A stretch of DNA of 64,000 bases, taken from Myxococcota bacterium. GTDB taxonomy: Bacteria > Myxococcota_A > Polyangia > Nannocystales > Nannocystaceae. Location of the stretch: assembly GCA_039028615.1 (NCBI GenBank), contig JBCCHT010000032.1:1-64000 (forward strand), given 5' to 3'. Shown piece after piece: positions 27,864 through 37,271 of this stretch (within the stretch, counting starts at the first letter, position 1; each line of letters opens with the position of its first letter). The notes beneath the pieces are model-generated. The model was not told the origin of the DNA. It did no database searches and worked only from the letters and a program-made list of their open reading frames with translations. The position numbers and the translations under genes are program-made.

Positions 27864-29406
27864 CGAGGTCGAGGTCCTTGAGCATCTGGTACAGGTACTT
27901 CGGGTTCACGCCCAGAAGCTCGGCCGTCTTTTTGTGGTCGCCGCCGGCCGCGGTCCGGGCCTGGCGGACGAAGCGGCGCTTGAACTCGCGCACCGCCTGC
28001 TTGAGGTCGAGCGACGAGGCATCCGCGCCCGTGGCATGGCCGGCGATCTCGGGCGGGAGCAACGAAGCGTCGATGGTGTCGGTGTCGGCGAGGATGGCTG
28101 CGCGCTCGAGGACGTTGCGGAGCTCTCGGACGTTGCCCGGCCAGCGGTAGGTCTGCAGCGCGAGGCGGGCCGCGGGTGAGAAACCGCGGGCGGGCGAGCC
28201 ATAGTCGGCGGCGAGGCGGGTCAGCAGCCGCTCGGCGATGAGCAGGACATCGGCATCGCGCTCGCGGAGCGCCGGGACCTGTAGCTCGATGACCCGGATC
28301 CGAAACAGTAGGTCCTCGCGAAAGGCCCCCTCGGCGACTCGCTGTCGGAGGTCGGTATGGGTGGCGGCGACCAGGCGCACGTTGGCGCTGCGCGGGGCGG
28401 AGCTGCCCACCCGCTCGTATTGGCCCTGCTCGAGCACGCGAAGCAGCTTGGCCTGGGTCTCGAGCGAGAGCTCGGCGACCTCGTCGAGGAACAGCGTGCC
28501 GCCCTCTGCCGCTTCGAAACGTCCGACCCGAGCCCGATCGGCCCCAGTGAATGCCCCTCGCTCGTGCCCGAAGAGCTCGGCCTCGACCAGGGCGGCGGGC
28601 AAGGCCGCACAGTTGACGGCGACGAAGGGGGCATCGCAGCGGCGGGAGCCTTCGTGGATGGCACGCGCGACCAGCTCCTTGCCCGTCCCCGTCTCGCCGC
28701 GAATGAGCACGGTGGCGCGGGTGGGCGCGACCTTGGCGATGGTGCTCATCAGCTGGAGCATCGGCTCCGACTCGCCGACGATCGCGTCGAAGTCCCGCTT
28801 CGCCCGCAGGCTCTCGACTTGGGCCTGCACGGTGCGGCGCAGCCGATCGAGCTCGAGCTCTCGCACCACCAGCGGGGCGATGAGCTCGGCCAGCTCCCGC
28901 GCCGAGCTGCGGCGCGCATCGTCGAAGGCGGCGGCCTCGGTCGGGTTGTCGAGGTAGAGCACGCCGAAGGGCAGGTCCTCGTGCACCAGGGGCACCACGA
29001 GCACCGCCTTGAGTCGCAGCGCCTTGACGCTGCCCGCATCGGCGAAGCGCAGGTCGGAGGCCGCGTCGTCCACCACCAGCACACCCGCGTCTTCGAGGGC
29101 GGCCTTGAGGATCGAGCGCGACAGCTGAGCCTCGGGGGTGGCGATGGGCAGCGACGCAAAGGCCCGGGCCGCGACGAAGCACAGCTCGCCGTCTTCGTCG
29201 TGCACCGCGATGAAGCCCCGCTGGGCGCCGATCTGCTGCATCAACGCCGCGAGGGCGACGTCGACCGCTTCTTTGCCGGACACGTGCGCGACCGCTTCGA
29301 GGCGGCGGAGTACGCCGTCTTCGTCCTGCGAGTCTGCGCCCTCGCGATCGCGGCCGGTGAGGCGTCGGACGAGTCGGGACAGAGGTGAGCCGGGGGCGTC
29401 GGCCAC
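27856..29406 (-). CDS. Sigma54-dependent activator (GAF-AAA+-Fis HTH)
   Basis: GVLYLDN GAF, GETGTGKELVA, GAFTGA, GGTLFLDEV and WPGNVRELRN; overlaps the downstream kinase start. Confidence 0.95.
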   Translation of the reverse strand: MADAPGSPLSRLVRRLTGRDREGADSQDEDGVLRRLEAVAHVSGKEAVDVALAALMQQIGAQRGFIAVHDEDGELCFVAARAFASLPIATPEAQLSRSILKAALEDAGVLVVDDAASDLRFADAGSVKALRLKAVLVVPLVHEDLPFGVLYLDNPTEAAAFDDARRSSARELAELIAPLVVRELELDRLRRTVQAQVESLRAKRDFDAIVGESEPMLQLMSTIAKVAPTRATVLIRGETGTGKELVARAIHEGSRRCDAPFVAVNCAALPAALVEAELFGHERGAFTGADRARVGRFEAAEGGTLFLDEVAELSLETQAKLLRVLEQGQYERVGSSAPRSANVRLVAATHTDLRQRVAEGAFREDLLFRIRVIELQVPALRERDADVLLIAERLLTRLAADYGSPARGFSPAARLALQTYRWPGNVRELRNVLERAAILADTDTIDASLLPPEIAGHATGADASSLDLKQAVREFKRRFVRQARTAAGGDHKKTAELLGVNPKYLYQMLKDLDLDG

Positions 29407-29619
29407 CTGGGGATGATACCTGGCAATGCCCGAGTCGTGGTGAGAGGCCACGCGCCAGCGGGCGGGGAACGTCGCTCCGGGACGGTTGGCGGCGCCCCGC
29501 TGCTCGCGCAAACGAGCCTTCGTCGCTGCGGGTCGAGTGCGAGTCGAAGGCGAGGGCACGATCGGTCGCGGGGGGATCCCCCAGGGTCCGGCGCGGAAAA
29601 GGGTCTATGCTCGGAGCCG

Positions 29620-32600
29620 GTGTGGGAGCAGGCAGGCGCGCCCGCGGTCGGTGAGTTCCCGCCGACGCGGCGGTTCTCGGCGCGGGAGGTGCTCGGGCGC
29701 GGCACCTTCGGCACGGTGTTCGAGGTCGTCGACGCGGACTCCAAGGCGACGGTCGCGGCCAAGCTGCTGCACCACGAGGACCCCCGGGCGCTGGCTCGCT
29801 TCAAGCAGGAGTTTCGGGCGCTGGCCGACCTGCACCACCCAAACCTGGTGCGGCTGCTGGAATTCTACGCGGACGAAGGGCGCTGGTTTTTCACCATGGA
29901 GCGCCTGCGTGGACGCGATCTGCTGTCGTGGCTCGGCACTCGGGCGCCGATTGCCGCCACCCTCGATGCCAGCTCGATCGAGACCAGCGAGCTGTTGGCG
30001 CGGGCTCGTGGCGAGCAGCCGGGCGCGCTGCTCGAGGCGTTCTCGGTGCCGGAGCCCGCCAGCATTCGCTCGTGTTTCGCACAGATCGCCGAGGGGCTGG
30101 CGGCGCTGCACGAGGCCGGGTTGCTGCACCGCGATCTGAAGCCCACCAACATCATCGTCGACGACGAAGGGGCGTTGAAACTGCTCGATTTCGGCCTCGC
30201 CATTTCGTTGCGAGAGCAAGCGGGGGCGGGGGCCAAGCCGGTGGGGACGGTGCCCTACATCGCCCCCGAGCTGTGGCGGCAGGAGCCGGCCCGACCCGCC
30301 GCGGACTGGTTTTCCATGGGGGTCATGCTGCATCAGGTGCTGACCGGGCGCGTTCCACCGCGCAACGACGACGGCACGACGACGCCGGGCTCGATGGAGG
30401 ACCACGGTGATCCCGAGCTGAGCGCCCTGCGCTCGCTGTGTCGAAGCCTGCTCGCCGACGACCCGGAACAGCGCCCGTCCCGGGCGGAGATCCTCGAGTG
30501 TCTCGGGGCCGGCCGAGGGCGGGGCGCGCAGCTGGTTCCGCGCCGATCCGGCCCCTTCGTGGGGCGGGCGACGGAGATGCAGGCCCTGCACCGCGCGCTG
30601 GCCCAAAGCCGCACCGAGGGCTCGCACGTGGCGTTGGTGGTGGGCACCAGCGGCGTGGGCAAGTCCGCGGTCGCGCGGGAGTTCTGTGATGCCGCGGCGG
30701 CCGACCACGGGGCCCTGGTGCTCGCCGGGCGCTGCTTCCAGCAAGAGCGGCTGCCCTTCAAGGCGCTCGATGGCATCGTCGATGCGCTGGCCCATGCGCT
30801 GCTCGACCCGCGGTGGATGGACGCCTCGCTGCACGAGCTGTTGGCCGAGCACGGTCAGCGCCTGGGGCGGGTCTTTCCCGTGTTGCGCATGGTGCCCGCG
30901 GTGGCGGGCGCTCCTTCGCGGTCGCTGCCCGTCGAGGCGCAGGAGATTCGTCGGGCTGCCTTCGAGAGCCTGACCGTGGTGTTGCTCGCGCTGGCGCGCC
31001 GCGGCCCGGTGGTGGTGTTCATCGATGATCTGCAGTGGGGCGACCGCGAGTCGGCCGAGCGCCTCGTCGATCTGCTGACGCGAGCGAGCGGAGCGGGGGT
31101 GTTGGTGGTGGGGACCTGCCGCGCCGAGGAACGCGAGGACGCACCCTTCGTCGTCGCGTGGGCGGAGCTCGCGGCCTCGCTGCGGGGGCGGGCACGCTGG
31201 CATTCGATCGAGCTGCAGCCGCTGGCCCAGGGGCACTGCGAGGCGCTGGCCCGGGCCTTGCTCGCCGAGCACCGGGTCGAAGGCGTCGACGTGGGCACGC
31301 TCGTGCGCGAGTCGGGAGGCAGTCCGTTCTTCGTCGAGGAGCTGGTGCGGCGGGCTCCGACCCATGGCGGAGAGGACTCGAATCCGGCGGTCAGCTTGCG
31401 GCAGGCTCTGCGGGCGCGCATCGACGCGCTGCCGGAGGCCGAGCGGGCATTGCTGGAGCTGGTGGCGGTGGCGGGGCAGCCCATTGCTCGCGAGCCGCTG
31501 CTGCACGCGGCAGGCTCGTCCTCACCCATGTGGCGGGCCCTCGACACGCTTCGGGTCGCTCACCTCGTGCGCACCCGGGAGCGAGGCGAGACCCTCAGCG
31601 TCGAGAGCTACCACGATCGCATTCGCGAGACCTTGCTCGAGCTGCAGAGCGAGTCGGCCCGGGCTCGGGGACACCTGAAGCTCGCGCGATCGATGGCCGC
31701 GCTGGACTTTGCGGATCGAGGCCGCATCGCTCGACACTTGGTGGACGGGGGAGCCCCGGACGAGGCGGTCGAGCACGCTCGTGCGGCGGCGACCGAGGCC
31801 GAGGCGGCGCTGGCCTTCGAGCGGGCGGCTCAGCTGTGGGCGCTGGCCTTGCGGGGGGTTACGCCCGACGACGCACGCTACGATGCCATTCGTCGCCAAC
31901 GGGCCCAGGCGCTGGTGCAGTGCGGGCGTGGAGCCGAGGCGGCGCCGATCTACGAGTCCTTGGCCGAGGGCCGCGACGACCATCGCGACCTGCGGATCGC
32001 GAGCGAGCAATGGCTGGTCTCTGGCCACATCGACCGGGGCACGGCGGCGCTACAGACCGTGCTCGAGCGGCTCGACCTGCGCTGGCCGAGCAGCCCCCGG
32101 GCGGCCTGGACGGGAGTCTTACGGGACCTCCCGGCCATTGCCTTGCGCCGTGCCAAACCCCGCGCCGATGGCTTCGACCCCACCGTGCTCGAGCGGGTCG
32201 ATGCCTGCTGGTCTGCCGTGCGTGGGCTGTCGTCGGTCGATCATGTGCGGGGCTTGTTCTTCGTCGTTCGGGGCATGCGGCTCGCTGTCGCGGCGGGTGA
32301 GCCCACGCGGCTGGCTCGCTTTGGCATGTTCTTCGGCGCACAGCTACGCGCCATGGGGTTGCCGGGCGGGGAGGCGCTGTTCTCCCGCCATCGGGCGTTG
32401 GTGGCGGTCGACGACGTCGAACTCTCCACGTATGTCGACTTCCTCGAGGGCTACGTCCGGCTTCAGCAGGGCGATGGCATCGGGGCGGCGGCGGTGCTCG
32501 AGCGAGCCCTCGAACGCTTCGCCGACGAGTGCAGCGGCGTGGCCTGGGAGGTCTCGATCTGCCTCAACATGCTGTGCGAGACGGTCAGCGAGGGCGGAGA

Positions 32601-33378
32601 CATGAATGCGCTGGCCGAGCTCGCGGGACGAGCCCGGCGGCGGGCCGAGTCTCTGGGCGACATCGGCGGGCTGCAGGGGGCCTACACGTTCTTGGCGGCC
32701 TGCGCGATGGCCCAGGACCAACCCGGGAAGGCGCGGCGCTACTACGATGACCTGCTGGGCATGTGGACCGTCGAGGGCTTTCACTACCCGCACTTCATGG
32801 TCGGGGTGGGGCGCAGTCTCTGCGACCTCTACGAAGGCGAGCCGCGGGCGGCGTGGGATCGCATGGAGTCGCTGCTCGGCCCGCTCGATGCCTCGGGCCT
32901 CGGTCGGTCGCCACACATGCGCGCCAAGGCTCTGGCTCGGCGGGCGCAGTGCTGCTTGGCGTTGCTCGGTGCCGACGAGTCCACCCGCGCCGGGGTCGGC
33001 GAGCGAGCGCTGCTGCGGCTCGTTCGTCGTTGTGTCGGCGACTCCAAGCGCCTGCGACGAGCGGATGTGGCGGCCGAGGTGGCGCAGATCGAGGCCGCGC
33101 TGGCGTGGCACGGCGGCGACGTCGATGCGGCGGCGGCGGGCTTGCAGCTGGCCCGGGAGCGCTTCGAGGCGCTGGGTAGCCACGGGCGTGCCCGGCTGTG
33201 CGAGCTTCGCCATCGCCAGATCACGAGTGCATCGACCTCCGCCATCGACGAGGCCCGAGCCGAGATCGCGGCGCTGGGCATCGAGCAGCCGCTGCGATGG
33301 GCCCAGGCCTACGCGCCCGGGTTCTCCGGGAATCGCATGTCGCGGAACATCGCCAGCAAGTCGGCCTCGCTGAGGTAG
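29620..33378 (+). CDS. Ser/Thr kinase fused to AAA/STAND-type ATPase and helical repeats (start uncertain)
   Basis: LGRGTFGTV, HRDLKPTNI, DFGLA, GTVPYIAPE, FVGR, Walker A GTSGVGKS, VFIDDLQWGD and SGGSPFFVEEL. Confidence 0.95.
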   Translation: MWEQAGAPAVGEFPPTRRFSAREVLGRGTFGTVFEVVDADSKATVAAKLLHHEDPRALARFKQEFRALADLHHPNLVRLLEFYADEGRWFFTMERLRGRDLLSWLGTRAPIAATLDASSIETSELLARARGEQPGALLEAFSVPEPASIRSCFAQIAEGLAALHEAGLLHRDLKPTNIIVDDEGALKLLDFGLAISLREQAGAGAKPVGTVPYIAPELWRQEPARPAADWFSMGVMLHQVLTGRVPPRNDDGTTTPGSMEDHGDPELSALRSLCRSLLADDPEQRPSRAEILECLGAGRGRGAQLVPRRSGPFVGRATEMQALHRALAQSRTEGSHVALVVGTSGVGKSAVAREFCDAAAADHGALVLAGRCFQQERLPFKALDGIVDALAHALLDPRWMDASLHELLAEHGQRLGRVFPVLRMVPAVAGAPSRSLPVEAQEIRRAAFESLTVVLLALARRGPVVVFIDDLQWGDRESAERLVDLLTRASGAGVLVVGTCRAEEREDAPFVVAWAELAASLRGRARWHSIELQPLAQGHCEALARALLAEHRVEGVDVGTLVRESGGSPFFVEELVRRAPTHGGEDSNPAVSLRQALRARIDALPEAERALLELVAVAGQPIAREPLLHAAGSSSPMWRALDTLRVAHLVRTRERGETLSVESYHDRIRETLLELQSESARARGHLKLARSMAALDFADRGRIARHLVDGGAPDEAVEHARAAATEAEAALAFERAAQLWALALRGVTPDDARYDAIRRQRAQALVQCGRGAEAAPIYESLAEGRDDHRDLRIASEQWLVSGHIDRGTAALQTVLERLDLRWPSSPRAAWTGVLRDLPAIALRRAKPRADGFDPTVLERVDACWSAVRGLSSVDHVRGLFFVVRGMRLAVAAGEPTRLARFGMFFGAQLRAMGLPGGEALFSRHRALVAVDDVELSTYVDFLEGYVRLQQGDGIGAAAVLERALERFADECSGVAWEVSICLNMLCETVSEGGDMNALAELAGRARRRAESLGDIGGLQGAYTFLAACAMAQDQPGKARRYYDDLLGMWTVEGFHYPHFMVGVGRSLCDLYEGEPRAAWDRMESLLGPLDASGLGRSPHMRAKALARRAQCCLALLGADESTRAGVGERALLRLVRRCVGDSKRLRRADVAAEVAQIEAALAWHGGDVDAAAAGLQLARERFEALGSHGRARLCELRHRQITSASTSAIDEARAEIAALGIEQPLRWAQAYAPGFSGNRMSRNIASKSASLR

Positions 33379-33947
33379 CGCGTACCGCTGTCGTCGCGAC
33401 GCGCGAAGCACCACCACAGCGGAATGAACTCCCCGTAGGCGCCCAGCGTGGTGAGGCCGTTGCCGTCGTCCTCACGCCGATGGGTCTGCACCATGGTGTG
33501 CAAGTCGGACAGCGCCAAGCCCCGCTCGTTGGGTCCGCCACCCTCGGGGACGAAGGGCCGACCCCACCGCTCGAAGATCCGGTCGAAGTGTTCGCGGCTG
33601 AAGCGGCCCGAGCCCAGCGCTTGCAAGATCTTGGTGTCCGCGCGTGGCTTGTCCAGGGGCCCGCCGGTCAGGCCCGCCGAGTCGAAGCTGAGGGTGAGCA
33701 GGTTCCGTAGGAAGTTGTGCGGGCCGAAGCCGTTGCCCATCAGCCCCACCCCGGCCACCACCGCGCCGAAGAGGCGTGAGCCGCTATGCGCCCGGGCGTG
33801 CTCGTAGAGCTGTCGTACCGAGGCTCGCCCCACCGCCAGCGGCCGCACGCCGGTCTGCGGCTCGTTGTCGGGGTTCGCCGCGCAGCGCAAGAAAGGGCAG
33901 GGGGTGCCCGGGAGTTGTTCGGGAGGATCGGTGGACATCGGCCTCAC
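33309..33947 (-). CDS. Small PCP-motif protein resembling heme-thiolate peroxidase/peroxygenase (caleosin-like C-terminal half)
   Basis: N-terminal GTPCPFLRCAAN, late AYGE and C-terminal MFRDMRFP parallel the PCP, AYGE and FFxxERLP pattern of heme-thiolate peroxidases. GTG start overlaps the lipoxygenase TGA (alternative ATG at 33,938). Confidence 0.65.
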   Translation of the reverse strand: MRPMSTDPPEQLPGTPCPFLRCAANPDNEPQTGVRPLAVGRASVRQLYEHARAHSGSRLFGAVVAGVGLMGNGFGPHNFLRNLLTLSFDSAGLTGGPLDKPRADTKILQALGSGRFSREHFDRIFERWGRPFVPEGGGPNERGLALSDLHTMVQTHRREDDGNGLTTLGAYGEFIPLWWCFARRDDSGTRYLSEADLLAMFRDMRFPENPGA

Positions 33948-36259
33948 ACGTTGCTCGCCACCGTGACCAGCGATGGGCGAAGGTACTCGTAGGGGCGATC
34001 GGATCGGGTGGTCCGATTGTCGAGGGTGATCTCTCGTTCGATCCGAGCCAGGTGTCGCCGCAGCTGCGCGACCATGGGCCAGACGTCGGGGTCTTCGAAC
34101 CAGTCGAGGGCGTACTCGCCTAGGCAGTCGCCGCGAAGCTCGGAGAGCACGAACATCACGCCGGCCTGGGTCAGCGTCGTCTCACCGCCGGGCAGGAACG
34201 CACCGAGGTCGAGCTCGCGAACGCGCCGAGGATCGGCATAGATCGCGGCGGGCACGTGCGAGGGGTCGCACTGCAGGTCGAACTGCCCGTAGTTGACCCC
34301 GCTGTGGAACACGCTCGAGCGGAAGATGATGGAGGTGAGTACGTCGGCGAGCACCTCGGTGTCATCGAAGGACTCGGGGAAGCCGGCCACGTGTCCCCCT
34401 TGCGAGTCACACAGCTCGGCCCGCCAGGCCTCGAGCTCGTGGTCGTCCTTCAGCTCCCGTGCCGAGGGGTAGTAGTGCTGCACGTAGGCGGTGACGAACT
34501 CGTGCAGGGCGTCCCAGAGCCGCAGCCCGTCGTCGCGGAAGGGATAGTTGGGCAGGGCCTCGCGGTCGTCGACGCCGCGGCGGGCGAGCTCTTGCGGCAG
34601 GTGCAGGTCCCAGAAGTCCCACTGCCGATAGTGACGGCGCATGATCTCGATCGAGCCGTCTTCGAGGCGCCCGGACAGGAGCTGCTCGGTGAAGCCCTGC
34701 GGGTTGGTGAGCGTCTGGCGGCCCAGGAAGTTGTTCCACAGCACCAGCCGCAGGTGCACGGCGAGCAGGGCGGCGATGGGATGATCGCGATGCAGCTGGC
34801 GGGCGGTGGCCACGGCGAAGGCCTCGAGTACAAAGTGCACCCCCGCCAGATGCGTGGCCATCTCGTGGTGATTGAACTCGGCACACAGGTACAGCGCCTT
34901 GACCCGGGTCCACAGTTCGTCGCCATCGGCCGGGGTCAGGCACTCGAAGGCTTCGGGGTCGCGCCCCAGCTGAATCGCGATGGGCCACAGCCCCGACGCG
35001 CTGCCCTCTCCCCAGCGATAGAACAGCCCGTAGGGCGCAGGTAGATAGCGCTGACGGGCGGTCTCGGGGCCGAGCAGCTGCCCGAAGAAATCGCGGTCGG
35101 GGCTGTTTTGGCAGGGGATGTCCGCCACCATCCCGAAGTCGGTGAGGAACAGGCGCCCTTGCTCGACCGCCTGCGCCAGCGTGGCATTGCCCGCGGCTTC
35201 GTCGTCCATGCCATGCGCACGAAGGGCCGCTTGCAAGTGTCCGTCATTGACGGCGAAGCCCTCGGGCAGGCCGTGGTCGCCGTCGGTCCCCACACGCCGA
35301 AGCATCACCGGGTTCGTGCCCGCCACCGGACGACGTCCGAACTCGGTGTCGTCGAGCGTGGGGTTGGGCCCGGTCGGCAGGGGCAGGTCGCGAATGAGCC
35401 GGCTGAGGAACATCTGCCCGTCGGGCGCGACCGTGTGGTACCGCCGCATGCGAGCCATGAAGTTCACCAGCAGCTCGGCGGGGGCGACGATGCGCTTGAC
35501 GGAATCGGGCAGCCACGGGTCCGCGGCTCGTCCCGGCTCGGGCGGCAGCTCGGGCTCGGGTTCGGGTTCGGGTTCGCGCCCCACCAGCTGACGCGCATGA
35601 TCGCGGGCGTTGCCGACGACCGCCTCGACGGTGCTTCGGACGAAGCCCTGGACGATCGTCGCCAGCTGCTCCGCATCGGGAAGCGACAGGCCGCCGGACT
35701 CCTGCATCGTGGCCTCCACGACCTCGTCTTGGAGCGCGTCCATGGCTCGGCCCAGCGGGGTGGTGGTGCCCTGGTCGAGGACCCACGTGCTCAGCTCGTC
35801 GACCGAACGCAGCAGCAGATCCGTGAGGGTCATCGCCAGCTGCTGCGCGGTGGGAATCTGTACTCGAAGCACACGACGCTCACCCGGTGACGGCATCAGC
35901 TCTCGCAGGGCTTGCCCGACCCACTGCGGCACTTGCTCACGCGCCAGCTTTCGCGACTGCAGCATGAGGCCCAGCCAGTGCGTCCGAGGGACCCGCTCGA
36001 GCAGCTCGTAGATGGCCGGCCCGGCCCCCAGGGTCTTGCGAATCAGCCACTCGCTGGGCGGCTGTTCGGCGGCAGGAAGCCCGGCAAAGGAACCCGCGAG
36101 CACATCGTAGATCGACAGCACTCCGGTGCCGTCGACGTACGGGATGTGCAAGAACGGGAAGGGGGCGAGGTACTCGTGGTCCCAGCGGTAGAGCGAACGC
36201 TGTTGCTCGAGCTCGTCGGCACGGGCCGTGGAAGGGTCGTGTTGGGGCAAGCGAATCAT
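33944..36259 (-). CDS. Lipoxygenase (non-heme iron)
   Basis: DDTEFGRRPVAGTNP, LWPIAIQL, HHEMATHLAGVHFVLEAFAVATARQLHRDHPI, LPNYPFRDDG, HSGVNYGQ, RPYEYLRPS and C-terminal ASNV; GGAG RBS. Confidence 0.95.
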   Translation of the reverse strand: MIRLPQHDPSTARADELEQQRSLYRWDHEYLAPFPFLHIPYVDGTGVLSIYDVLAGSFAGLPAAEQPPSEWLIRKTLGAGPAIYELLERVPRTHWLGLMLQSRKLAREQVPQWVGQALRELMPSPGERRVLRVQIPTAQQLAMTLTDLLLRSVDELSTWVLDQGTTTPLGRAMDALQDEVVEATMQESGGLSLPDAEQLATIVQGFVRSTVEAVVGNARDHARQLVGREPEPEPEPELPPEPGRAADPWLPDSVKRIVAPAELLVNFMARMRRYHTVAPDGQMFLSRLIRDLPLPTGPNPTLDDTEFGRRPVAGTNPVMLRRVGTDGDHGLPEGFAVNDGHLQAALRAHGMDDEAAGNATLAQAVEQGRLFLTDFGMVADIPCQNSPDRDFFGQLLGPETARQRYLPAPYGLFYRWGEGSASGLWPIAIQLGRDPEAFECLTPADGDELWTRVKALYLCAEFNHHEMATHLAGVHFVLEAFAVATARQLHRDHPIAALLAVHLRLVLWNNFLGRQTLTNPQGFTEQLLSGRLEDGSIEIMRRHYRQWDFWDLHLPQELARRGVDDREALPNYPFRDDGLRLWDALHEFVTAYVQHYYPSARELKDDHELEAWRAELCDSQGGHVAGFPESFDDTEVLADVLTSIIFRSSVFHSGVNYGQFDLQCDPSHVPAAIYADPRRVRELDLGAFLPGGETTLTQAGVMFVLSELRGDCLGEYALDWFEDPDVWPMVAQLRRHLARIEREITLDNRTTRSDRPYEYLRPSLVTVASNV

Positions 36260-36329
36260 TCGAGTCTCCAACCGTCGTGAGGGAGTCTCTCACGGGGCTC
36301 GGGGTTTCGGCAGCTGCTACGATGGGCCC

Positions 36330-37262
36330 ATGGCCTGGTTGGAGGGACCCGGACCGTCGTCGACCGTCACGCTGGCGGCTCGCTCCGTGGTCGGGCGGGC
36401 GCCCAACTGTTCGGTGCGTCCCGCCGATCGCCGTGTCTCGGGAGAGCACGCCACGATCGCGTGGTCGGGGGAACGCTGGGAGATTCGCGATCTCGGCAGC
36501 CGCAACGGCACCTTCGTCAACGGCCAGCGGATCGAAGTTCGGCGGGCCGTTCCGCTGAGCGTAGGAGACCAACTGGGTTTCGGTGGCGTCGACGAGGTCT
36601 GGCGCCTGGCCGACGCGAGCCCGCCCGTGGCGACCGCGCGGCGCGTGGGGAGCGGAGAGGTCCTCGTCGCCGAAGGACAGCTGCTGGCCTTACCCAGCGC
36701 GGACGAGCCCTGGATCACCGTTTATCAGGACATGCACGGCACCTGGCAGGCCGAGTCCACCGCGGGGTGCCGGGCGGTCGAGGACGGCGAAGTGCTCGAT
36801 GTCGACGGCCAGGCCTGGGCACTGCACTTGCCCACCACCCTCGAGCCCACCGTCGACGTCGACCAGCGGAACCCGGCCTTCGGCGAGCTGGAGCTGAGTT
36901 TCTCCGTCAGCAGCGACGAAGAAGACGTCGAGCTCATCGTCCGTCACGAGGGGCAACCGCTCGAACTCGGAGGGCGAGCCCACCACTTCGTGCTCTTGTT
37001 GCTCGCCCGGGCCCGACTCGAAGATGCCCAACAACCCGGCCTGTCCGAGGCCGAGCACGGCTGGCGCTACGTCGAGGACGTCTGCCAGATGCTGCGGGTG
37101 GACGATCTACGCCTGAACACTGCGATCTATCGCGCCCGCAAGGAGCTGGGTGCCATCGGGGTTCGCGGGGCGCCGCAGCTGGTGGAGCGCCGTCGTTCGT
37201 CGCGAAGCCTGCGGCTGGGCACGGGCGCGGTCACGGTCACCCGCAGCGGCCCGATTCACTGA
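36330..37262 (+). CDS. FHA-domain protein with C-terminal winged-helix-like domain
   Basis: VGR, VSGEHA and DLGSRNGTFVNG; C-terminal LNTAIYRARKEL...VERR. Confidence 0.9.
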   Translation: MAWLEGPGPSSTVTLAARSVVGRAPNCSVRPADRRVSGEHATIAWSGERWEIRDLGSRNGTFVNGQRIEVRRAVPLSVGDQLGFGGVDEVWRLADASPPVATARRVGSGEVLVAEGQLLALPSADEPWITVYQDMHGTWQAESTAGCRAVEDGEVLDVDGQAWALHLPTTLEPTVDVDQRNPAFGELELSFSVSSDEEDVELIVRHEGQPLELGGRAHHFVLLLLARARLEDAQQPGLSEAEHGWRYVEDVCQMLRVDDLRLNTAIYRARKELGAIGVRGAPQLVERRRSSRSLRLGTGAVTVTRSGPIH

Positions 37263-37271
37263 GGTCGGCGT

